A stretch of 64,000 nt of DNA from Asterionella formosa. Taxonomy: Eukaryota. This document shows, in pieces, positions 35,946 to 46,502 of this stretch (within the stretch, counting starts at the first letter, position 1; each line of letters starts with the position of its first letter). The stretch spans positions 1-64,000 of the forward strand of contig NKIB01012837.1 in NCBI GenBank assembly GCA_002256025.1, given 5' to 3'. Made by a program: the position numbers and the translations under genes. Below the pieces are notes generated by a model, which ran no database searches, was not told the origin of the DNA, and saw nothing but the letters and a program-made list of their open reading frames with translations.

Positions 35946-36285
35946 AAATACTTATCTATAATATGACTCGAAAAATGGTGCCTGAAAGCAACAAAAAGAA
36001 AGAAGAAGAATTGCTGAGAAGGTCGTCAAGATTCATCAAAAATGCTGAGCACAGAGTTTTTGGGCAGCCCAAAAGCACACAAAATTTCGGGGAAGGGGTA
36101 GTGGATGCTGATAGTTCCCACCTCCTAAGTACATGTGTAGACAGGAAAATGATGACTTGGACATGTTGTGTATGATCCATGGGTATACTTCAATGTGATG
36201 ATTGTTGTTTACATCATTCCATTAAAGCAGTATTTACACATTCCAGACTGATCTGTGTCTGTGGAATTTTTCATGTTGTGACTGA

Positions 36286-36490
36286 CACATTACTTAATAT
36301 TAGTAGTTCAAATTCCAATTTTTTTGTCTTTAACGTGTATACCGGTAGCCCTTTTAATCAGGAGAAAAAGAACTAAAAGTACTATATATCCAATGTATCT
36401 AGAGTTAAAGGAAGAAAGTAAAACAATAAAGTTTTTCAAATTGTACCTCAAAGTAAGACTGAAATCAGCCTAATGAGCCGGGAAGAACCC
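36286..36490. repeat. Dispersed repeat family B, copy 2 (inverted relative to 2957-3143)
   Basis: Same shared blocks as copy 1, e.g. actgaaatcagcctaatgagcc at about 36458-36479. Confidence 0.8.
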
Positions 36491-36643
36491 GAGGTGCTCT
36501 TCAATGCTCAAGATTCTGGATCCAGTGTATATATAATATAACTATTTGCGCCCATACATGTACACATAATAATTCTAAATTGACATTGACCCTGCCTTAT
36601 TATTGACCGAACAAACACTGGATCCTAATCTGGAAGAAACAGT

Positions 36644-38523
36644 ATGTCGTTCTCTTCAAGACGACGGAACTATCTTCTAACACCTCATCGACGAGATGGT
36701 AAGCCAGATGTATGTGTTTATTTAATAGGGAAAACATCCTCAATTGAATGACTTCTCGCACACCGTCCATCACTCAATCGTTTCGTTTTGCTGCTCTAAT
36801 TCATATAAATTATAAATATATATATACATATGTATTCAGGATTCATTGAATGGTAAGAAAGGATGATGAAGATGTGCGATGAAAGATTAGCCTTCGAATC
36901 AAGCGACATGATCCGACCAAAGGTAGCACCCTATTACCAGTACTTACACCCCAGTACGATTATTTGTATGCTATACTTTACACAGGATGAAAGCTATGCT
37001 CAATCATTCGTTCGTGTTGGATGCTCTCGACACTACAGGTGCCGATACCTTTTCACATTTCGAAATACTCATTGATGAACACCGGCGTTTCGAGCTTGAA
37101 GGAGGAGTAGGTGATCATCCCTCGCGATTGCGTCAATTGGTGCCCACAGTTGGTACGTTCCATACTAGACTCCCACTTCGTCAGGCATTCGTAGCCTACA
37201 ATGACAAGCACAAGATTACCCAAAGACGACACATTTGCATCAGTTTCAATGAAATTCGTCATATTTTGAATCTTGCACAAATTATGGCCATACGACCTAA
37301 TGCACCGGATGAGAACATGAAGGACTGGGATCAAGATATTGTCCTTCCCCCTGATAGCGCATTATCTGATTCACCAAGTACTTCTGAGGTAGCCGAAACT
37401 TGTGCTAATGCTGGACCTTTTAGTGGGCCCAAGATGATTACATTCGATGGAGACCAGACTCTATATTCCGATGGGAAGAATTTCGAAAACAATCCTCGTT
37501 TGGCAAATTATTTGTACTTGCTCCTCAAGCATGGTGTCACAGTCGCGGTTGTAACAGCTGCAGGATACGAATACCACGCAGAAAAGTATGAATTACGATT
37601 GAGTGGATTGCTGACATTTTTTCAAGAAAAGGGTTTGTCAGAGGCAGATTGTGAGCGTTTCTATTTGTTTGGGGGAGAATGCAATTACTTGCTTCAGGTA
37701 AGGTCATAATTATAACCTAGGTTTTGATGAGAATTCCATCTGATGGTCCTAATGGGCTCTTCTCTTCTTCCTCTAGCTTGGTCGAGATTACAAATTGCAT
37801 GCAGTCAAGGAGGTTGGACCAGGTGGGTGGTTCACCTCCACACGTTACATACCAGAAGCCCCTGGAAACTGGAATAACGAAGAAATCATTCAATTGCTAG
37901 ATGCCGCAGAACTTTCTGTCACATCATCCATGAAGGATCAAAATCTTCGTGCCACAGTGATACGTAAACGACGTGCCATTGGTCTTGTGCCGCAGCCTGA
38001 AAGTGCTATTCCTAGAGAAGCATTGGATGAATCAGTTTTGCGCGTTCAGAACGACTTGCAACAAATGAACAATGGCAAGGGACCGAACCTACCTTTTTGT
38101 GCTTTCAATGGTGGACGTGATATTTGGGTGGATGTTGGCAATAAGCGAGTTGGAGTAAAGATTTTACAGTCCTATCTTGGTATTCCTGCTGTTGAGACAC
38201 TACATATTGGAGATCAGTTTCTTAATACTGGAAATGATTTCGCTGCCCGCGATGTTTGTCCTTGCGTTTGGATCACTTCACCTGATGAGACAACATACAT
38301 TTTGAAAAGCATTTTGCGTTTGGCTGGTTTGGATCGTGCTGATTTATTGACGCCTAATAATATTCACCAAAATGGGGTGACTTCGAATTCTGGAATGAAT
38401 CACGAAGATGCCGAAAAGAAAAAGGTTGATTTCGGTGAAATTGAGAGACGCACCAAGGTAATGCAAATCATGGATGTGTATACTGGCGAAGTTAGTCAAG
38501 TAGCCGATGGTCCAGCAATGTGA
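36644..38523 (+). CDS. ISN1: IMP-specific 5'-nucleotidase (HAD family), about 508 aa
   Basis: Exons 36644-36698, 36840-36852 (13 nt), 36986-37697 and 37777-38523. The spliced N-terminus reads HRRDG|FIEW|MKAML..SFVL. Motifs SRL.QLVPTVGTFHT.LPL, SFNEIRHILNLAQ, TFDGDQTLY, VTAAGY, GGECNYL, CAFNGG.D.WVDVGNK, LHIGDQF..GNDF.AR. Confidence 0.93.
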
Positions 38524-38684
38524 ATGAGTTATTTGTTATGATACTCGCAATATTATACATAAGTTTGGAAACTGTATATACGTACTGTTTATAGTTCTAG
38601 TAAAAAGTGAATACCTGTACAACCGCTAGACTGCTGGAACTAACCAGGTACCATAGCTACAGGCTCTATGATAAGTGTGTATTA

Positions 38685-39998
38685 TTATATTAGTTTTTTC
38701 TTGTTCAAACTTCTACTACGAGGCGTAGTAATATCAAAGCACCAAATTTGCAAGACCATACATATTTCATTAATGACAAGCTTCATTTTCAACAACAGGT
38801 ATGCCCACAAAGCGGATGCATAAATTAGCAGGAAATCATCTGTTGATGAGCCAGCTGAAAGTTGGTCAGTTCCGATGAGTGCAAGTAACAGCACCATAGG
38901 CAAGATGGCCCATCTGAATGGTCTAAATGTCTCTTTGGTAATGTGATCCAACATAATTTGCGTAGTCATTTCAACGAAAAGGGCACTGCATAGATGAACA
39001 CTGGTACGAGGCATTCTAAGCCACACTTGCATATCGAGGTACCCGATCCCCAGCGTGGTTCCAAGCAACACTGCAAAAGGGATGAGAGTAAGGAGTGTCT
39101 TGTATCCATACGTTGTTGTAACTAGGTTTGATTTGAGCACAATCTCCTGTAAAAATCCAATGCAGGCAATCATCACTTGTAGGTCAGCATTTCTGAGTGT
39201 CGTTGGTAAGAATGGTATTGAATCAGTCCAGCTTGTGGACAACCAAAATTCCTTCCCATAGAGTGCTGTCGTGAACGACAGCAGGGCACCCCCCAAAAGT
39301 CCTTCATTCGGGCCATTGATAATGGGTAATATGAGCTCTCCAGTGTAGTATTCTTCCCACGTGGATATATAAAACATGGCCATGGGTCCCAATACCAAGG
39401 CCCAGCACATGAGTGCATCGTGCTGTGGGTCTAATCCTAAGCTAATGATCCAGTTGACAGATCCAAAAATACTGTTGATGGCATCGCATCCATGATCAAA
39501 GAGAAGTCCAAGCGGACTGGATGATCCAGTTCGTCGTGCTTGCTTGCCATCCATGTTGTCCAGTGTTTGATAAATGAGCATGGCGATGCAATGGTATGTG
39601 AACATCCATCGTGGCAAAGCAGTAGAAGTAGATTTACTAGTGTTGTCAGCATCATCGTCTTCGTCGGTCCATACCAAAGCAGGTACGTAATGCCAAATGA
39701 CAAGGTAGGATAGAATCATAAACATGAGGCCTGTCAGAGTGATCAGGTTGGGAGCGACCCACCGGGGAGTGCAATTATTGACAAGAAATGCAGCCAAAGG
39801 CGACAAGATGTATGCATACAGCAGGGATCGATCGTTTCCTCTGTATTCAAACTTCGGAAGTGACTGTCGAGCGTGAAGTGTGAGGTAATGGAAGCCATTC
39901 GTGTGGACATTATTTCCTGCGGACGTTTCCAGCTGCTGACGCTCGTGGTCGTTTCTTCGTATCTCTTGATCATGGTGGACGCCATTGCCATTGTTCAT
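38685..39998 (-). CDS. Choline/ethanolamine phosphotransferase (CDP-alcohol phosphatidyltransferase)
   Basis: APNLITLTG and the CDP-alcohol motif YQTLDNMDGKQARRTGSSSPLGLLFDHGCD. Also WEEYYTG.L.LP..NGP.EG and multiple TM helices. Confidence 0.95.
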   Translation of the reverse strand: MNNGNGVHHDQEIRRNDHERQQLETSAGNNVHTNGFHYLTLHARQSLPKFEYRGNDRSLLYAYILSPLAAFLVNNCTPRWVAPNLITLTGLMFMILSYLVIWHYVPALVWTDEDDDADNTSKSTSTALPRWMFTYHCIAMLIYQTLDNMDGKQARRTGSSSPLGLLFDHGCDAINSIFGSVNWIISLGLDPQHDALMCWALVLGPMAMFYISTWEEYYTGELILPIINGPNEGLLGGALLSFTTALYGKEFWLSTSWTDSIPFLPTTLRNADLQVMIACIGFLQEIVLKSNLVTTTYGYKTLLTLIPFAVLLGTTLGIGYLDMQVWLRMPRTSVHLCSALFVEMTTQIMLDHITKETFRPFRWAILPMVLLLALIGTDQLSAGSSTDDFLLIYASALWAYLLLKMKLVINEICMVLQIWCFDITTPRSRSLNKKKLI

Positions 39999-40786
39999 GG
40001 TACTGTGTTGTGTTGCTTGTCGTTATTCACGTATTTAGTAGCTGCCTGTTGCCTGCTCTTTCGGTCTATCCCCAGGCAGCAGGTTGCCAAACAATCAGAT
40101 TCAATGCTCCGTGTAATACACGTAGCAAAAATTGAAAAAGTCATTCAATCATCATTGTAAACATTCCGGTATATTTAAATGATATGATATAAAGATAATA
40201 ATTATAAGTAACTACCTGTAAGAATAAGATATAGTACCAGTAATTGACGAGCACCGACCATAAATTTATAATCGTGGCGCGCCGATTGCGTTATTATTCA
40301 CCGGGTTAGTCTAGCTACGGCTGATGTGGTATACGACGAGCAATGTCTGCATTTTGCTTAGCTAAAATATTCTCTCTCCTGTCCCAGCAAGTTCCGGTAA
40401 ATAGGAAATTTAGCTATGTTTTCCTCAAAGTAAAATGGCTGATTTGCTTACCGGTAGTCCTTCTTTCTTGTGCGTTTTTCGCAGTCGTACCAGTAAGCTA
40501 AAAGACAAATAACAACAATATATTACTAATGTAATGATGTTCCACCATGATGCTGCTGTTGCATCGCATGAATAATTGTAGTATCAGCATCAGTACCGGC
40601 ACTTATTTGGCTGCATTATTTGGTGTCTCATTTGCAACTCCTCAACATTCGGAAGCCAAACGACAGGACGTTGCTACTAAGACTGTCTCAAAAACGCGAC
40701 AGCAACTACCAACACGTCCAGGTAATACCAGTAATCCCAACAGCTTTCACTTTCGGCATTCATACGTCCGTCGGCAGATCATCACG

Positions 40787-41458
40787 ATGCTGTTGTCATT
40801 GTCAACCTTTTCACATGCACATAGATCCGCCACTGCCTTTATGACTCGACATTGCCACCACCACCATCGCACTATCCTTTCATCCGCCAAATCCCTCCTC
40901 TTGGAAATACCAACACCAGAGGATATGCAAGAAATTGGTGCTCTCCTATCCATCCATACTGGTCCTTCGGATGTACTACTGATGGACGGGGACTTGGGAG
41001 CTGGCAAGACATGCTTTAGTAGAGGATTCGTACGGGCTAGATCGAATCGACCTGACGAACGAGTGACATCACCAACGTACCTACTTTCCAATACATACCC
41101 AACGCCAGATGGAATCATGATCCATCATATGGATTTATATCGGTTGAGAGGACCCGATGATTTAGGTCCCTTGAATATTGACCACGTATTTCAGCAATGT
41201 ATTTCATTAATTGAGTGGCCGTCAAGGTTGGGGAGTAGGCTGCCGGAAACAAGGTTGCATTTGACATTTCACATTAGAGATGCGGACTTGACCATGGGAC
41301 GACAGGAACTTGGCGATGTGGCAGATGATGATGAGGCCACAACCAGGATACTCAAGTTGGAGCCTCATGGATTGCAATGGGAGGAGCGCCTGGAATTTTT
41401 AGTACAACAAGGCTACATTGATGATTTACTGCTAGAAGAAGATAATAACAAGTTATAG
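40787..41458 (+). CDS. tsaE: tRNA threonylcarbamoyladenosine biosynthesis ATPase TsaE (YjeE), probably organelle-targeted; start may lie further upstream (40547)
   Basis: P-loop GDLGAGKT, VTSPTY.L...Y, HMDLYRL and LIEWP. N-terminal extension with ATAF. Confidence 0.9.
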   Translation: MLLSLSTFSHAHRSATAFMTRHCHHHHRTILSSAKSLLLEIPTPEDMQEIGALLSIHTGPSDVLLMDGDLGAGKTCFSRGFVRARSNRPDERVTSPTYLLSNTYPTPDGIMIHHMDLYRLRGPDDLGPLNIDHVFQQCISLIEWPSRLGSRLPETRLHLTFHIRDADLTMGRQELGDVADDDEATTRILKLEPHGLQWEERLEFLVQQGYIDDLLLEEDNNKL

Positions 41459-41548
41459 CTAGTTGTACGTAGTCAGGTGATGGCTACAAATCTATGTATA
41501 GATATAAATAAATATACATCATTTCAGCATCGATTGCTCAAGCCTTCT

Positions 41549-43399
41549 TTACTGAAATGCATCGCCATCATCATCACTGCTGTCATTTGTGACATCTTCA
41601 CTTGATGTGCCACCAGAACCATCAACTCGTCGCTTCCTACTTCCTCGAGTACGCTCTGATGACCGACGAGCACCTGTTTGCCGAGGACCACTCTCTGCAC
41701 TTGTCACAGGAACATCCACAGTCACTGCAGAAACAACAGAGGTGATTGGAGGAGAAATCACTGATGACTGCTCTGCTCTCTTTACTTCTGCTTGTTCCAC
41801 TTTCTTGACAACTATTGCTTTCTTGGCCAAGCCCTTCTCAACAGCTTGTGATGCGGCTTCAGCCAATTGTCGAACCAACACATCTTCTCCATTCAATGGT
41901 TTGCGACTAATGGCTCCAAATCCCTTGGATGCATCACCTGGACCCCGTGTCGCTGTTAGGCCAGTTTCACTCACTTGAATCACCATTGTGCCGGCTGTCA
42001 CACTCACTAGGTCCACCAACTCTTGCCACACAATCTGGACTTCTCCCAATGCACTTCGGCTGGCATACACAGGACGAGCCCCAATACGAATGGCAGCAAT
42101 GTCATAGGTTCTCAAAACAGCAGGAGCCCACTTGGTGGCCAGCCAATCTGCCAATCTCTCCACATCGGGGACACTTGTAAACGATGTAGTGAACAATTGA
42201 GCCCCCTGTCCAGCCTTGAGCATAGCGTCGACACGTTTGAATTCTTCTTGCCATTCTTCCAATGCCACTGGTTCCCTGCCAGGCAAGGATGACACACACA
42301 CATCGGCAGAGGATGATTCGTCTATTGCAACTTTTCCCAAAACCATCAAGGCGGCTGCTTCACCAACGGCATGACGGGAAGATCGAGTAGTAGAACCCAT
42401 CATGGTATTACCAGATACAGAAAGAGAGGAATCCATTCGAACACTTCGCATGGAGTATTCTTCTGTCAATATGGCATCCTTGCGAGGACCACCAACAATA
42501 GCAGAGAAATTGGGCTAAATTTCAAAAATAGGAATAGTTACAGTATGTGTGTGTGTGTGTGTTTGTGAGAAATGGGCTGAAAGATGGTGGTAATTGAACC
42601 ATTAAATAACAAGACAAGGCAAACAGGAGCATCTTTAGAAAATCCTTACCGATGACTCTGGCGTCCCAAAGAGTTCTCCATGTCGAAGTTTTGTTGCCTT
42701 CCCACCCAATGCTTCTGACAGAGAGGATGGAATTGAACGCTCCTTGTTCCCCATTAAATTCGAGAATATATTCCCCTTGTTGGCAGCCGCAGCAGTCCCT
42801 GTACCATCATCATCATCCTCCTCTGCTGGTAGGATTGCCAATTTCATCCCTCGAACTGTTGAGGAAGCCTCTTGAGCTGCCACCTTGATTGCATTTTGCC
42901 AAATCATCACAGGGTCCTCGTCCTTTGTTTTTGTACCATACACCCCATCCATGGAGCAAATGATTCCATCGGCTTGACCACACCACTGTTTCAAGGCAGG
43001 GATAGCGGATTCATCCAATAATGACTGAGCATCCGCTCCAGCCAGCTCTACTGAGCCACCGGCTGCTTCCACTTGTTTCATAGTTTCCGGTGAAAACGAA
43101 ATGATGGCAGCACCATCAGTTGAAGCACCAGGGCCGCCACTGACCACAAACCACTTGACAGATCCACCCATGGCCGCAGCTTTCACCACAGCAACTTCTC
43201 CAAGACCTCCAGGAGGGGATAGAACCACCAACGATTTTCCCATGGACAATGCCGACGACCACGTAGTAGTAGTAATAGTAGTAGGAGTAGTAGTAGGAGT
43301 AATAGTAGATCGAAATGGAATGGTGGGAGTAAAGGCGCTCGCCAATGTCAAGAGCAACGAGAGAGCGAGTGTTATGATGGATGTAGTCCTCATCGTCAT
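41549..43399 (-). CDS. Plastid-targeted protein of unknown function, about 571 aa, possible degenerate Rossmann-like N-domain
   Basis: Exons 43399-42650 and 42514-41549 (gtaagg...tttag) join in frame as GELFGTPESS|PNFSAIVGGP. Signal peptide plus ASAFTP and a Thr-rich transit peptide. Gly-rich VVLSPPGGLGE after a beta-strand-like stretch. Confidence 0.8.
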
Positions 43400-44095
43400 G
43401 GTACTTATCACAGTTAGCGATGTGTGAAGGATAAATAATAATTGTACAACCAACAAAGCAACTTGTGGTCTAGATGATATGGTAGACAATGGATGGAGTT
43501 GTCTTGTGTGATGAAGGGACGATGGAAAATATAAACCTTCTTCAACCTTTTACATGATATACGCTGAGAATAATATTATTACCTGTTACGTAGCAGTAAT
43601 CCAGACCATATAGCCCTTCAAAAAGATTAGTATGTATATACAAAATTCAGAGTCCGAAGGTTCCACTTGCACCACAAATCGTCACGTTTGTACAGGACGG
43701 GTTGATTCAATCTCGAATTTAAAGCACATTCAAGGATTTCACACATCTGACGTCACAAGAAAGACTGAATATCCATGATGACGGTGCAGCAAAGATACCC
43801 ATATGTAATTCTGCAGGCGGGGCGGTAGGTACAGGTACCCGGTGCTCCCACTACCTGGTACATCATACGTAAAGTATTCAATACGTACGAATATGCAGTT
43901 CCTCGTACCTGGCACTGGTAGTCTACGATGATACGTACAGGACATGGTACCAGGTACCAAGTACTACATGTAATCTATCGTATGTATGACCCTGTACCTG
44001 GTACCTGGTACAATAACGTAGCCGCAGTCGATCATCACTTGACGTTAGCTCCAATTAGTAGTTGTGCGTTGTTGCAACAAACTTCCGGTCCCGCC

Positions 44096-45422
44096 ATGGC
44101 ATCTCTTCGAACAATGGCCCAACGGGCCACCCCTCGTGCGATGGAGGTGTAAGTGCCAACAGGAGAAGGAAACAACAGGATTTGTGTTGATGCAAGGCAC
44201 GCTGTCCAAATGACTTGGTGCACCACCATTGGCACGTCGCTGCTTGTGATCGTCCGTCTGTCGTCGGGCATCGGCGAGGGATCAATTTTGGATTTTTTGA
44301 TGAAGTTGATTTCTTGTGCCTGTATCTTGCTTGTGTTGGTAATGATGGTCTGACTAATGTTGCATTGTATCCCTTGCTCAGTTTCTCACAACAGACCCGT
44401 GGGATGGCCACTGAGAAGCAAAGTGAGTACAGTGCCATTGCTGATCCCATTACTAGCACGATGGTTCAGAACAATGATCCCTTTGGTCCTCATGTCCATT
44501 TCCATTGTTACAATTGAAATATTCTCATCTCACCGTCCCTTAATTATTTTCTTTCTTTTTCATTCTACATTATTCAGTCGCCATGCAAATTGTGTCCACC
44601 AAGAATATTAAAAAGATCACCGCATCCATGAAAATGGTGTCTGCTGCCAAGCTGAAGGGTGATGAAAATCGTCTCAAGTTGGCTAGACCTTTCAACGCAT
44701 GGACTGCCCAACTCGCTGGACCTGTTATGGACGTAGAAGACGCCACCTTTGAAGATCTACCTCAGAAGACCCTCATTGTCCCTTTCTCGTCGGATCGTGG
44801 CCTTTGTGGAGGTATCAATACATACATTACTCGCGCAACCAAATTGGCCGTCGCCGCTGCCAAAAAGGCCGGCAAGGAGGCTGACATTGTTGTTGTCGGT
44901 GATAAGGGACGTGCGCAACTTCGTAGATTCCTACCAGAACACATCTTACGAACTGCTACCGAAGTTAATGCTCCAGGAACGTATGCCTTGGCGTCGGCAC
45001 TCGCGGCTGAACTTTTGGAAGCCGGGGCTGCAGACTACGACGGAATTTGCCTCATCTACAACTCTTTTGTTAACTCGGCCGTATACAAGCAAAAGTACAA
45101 GATCATCCGTCCTTTTATTCGTGAAGGTGAAGATGGTGAAACATTGATGGACTATGAATTCGATGGTGATCAAGGAAATGCAAAGATTGAAATGATGGCG
45201 AACATGTACGAGTACCAGTTGGCCTCCAACATCTTTTACACGTTTATGGATGCTGCGGCCTCGGAACAGTCCTCGAGAATGTCGGCCATGGAGAATGCTT
45301 CCCAGAACGCAAATGATTTGATTGGAAAGTTGACTCTCAAGTACAATCGCGCGCGTCAATCTCGTATTACGACGGAACTCATTGAGATCATTTCTGGAGC
45401 TTCTGCTCTTGATGACAAGTAA
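44096..45422 (+). CDS. ATP3: Mitochondrial F1 ATP synthase gamma subunit
   Basis: Exons 44096-44148, 44382-44422 and 44578-45422 give a presequence then MATEKQIAMQIVSTKNIKKITASMKMVSAAK. Motifs SDRGLCGGIN, SEQSSRMSAMENAS, YNRARQSRITTELIEIISGA. Confidence 0.96.
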
Positions 45423-46502
45423 ACAAGTATTGTAGGGTGCTACAGTCAACGTTACCTATACCATACATCATGATGGAGAATATATTGGAACTAATATTTA
45501 CGGAACAAAGCTTGTTGCCAACCTATAGCAACAGTTTTAATTACTAATTAGCAATGTCAATGCTACACTGATAGAAACCAATACATGTATGCATGTTAGT
45601 CAATGATCTATTCCTATCCATGTAGCACCATCTCTTCTTTACTTATATCTTGGGGTTGACTTCATGTGCTAGCATGATGATGGGATGAATGTAAAATATA
45701 TACCACTGTGGAATTTTTTATTGTCATCCCACCTCTCATGTCTCATCCCTATTATTTGCTAGACTAATAATTGTGATCATGGCCACGTACATCATTTAAA
45801 ACGCATACCGGTACACTTTTTATTTCTACGTAGTCTACATCACTTGATGAAAAGATGAGGATGCAATAGTATCGGAGATACTATTTTATAAAACACTTAT
45901 TGTCATAACTTATTTGCAAGATCATACATATTACCGGAATAACATTTGAACTACTATTGGCTAATACCGGAACAACCGTACTACCAGGTACCGTATATAT
46001 CGGCAATATCATATAAAGAAATAGAATGGAGACGATCAGCCGCCAATAAGTCTATTGTTGAAACGGGAATGAATCGAGTAGGACAACACACAACGAGATA
46101 AATAAAAGAATATACATACCGGAATATGCTATTAAGAGTACCGGTGACAGCCGTGATTTTATAAAATTACATGATTGATTGGTTAATGTACTTCATATTT
46201 TATTGATTATTATATCATTCGACGGCTCCAAACTTTTGCTCCAAGCTGCCAATTGTCTCACATTGATACAATTCCTTGTCAGCAGAAGAAAGATTTTACT
46301 GAAAGCTGAGCGATATAAGCGTGGTCGAGAGAACTTGTATCAGTATTCCTAGCATTGGCAACACTCGTCCGTTCAGTTCTGACAAAACCATTCGAGAGAA
46401 ACTGATGACAAACATTGACAATTCAGATTCTATCTGGGATTTCTTCTCTATTCATTAGACATCAGCACCAATTTCTGCGATTGAGCTTTTATGCGGATAT
46501 AT

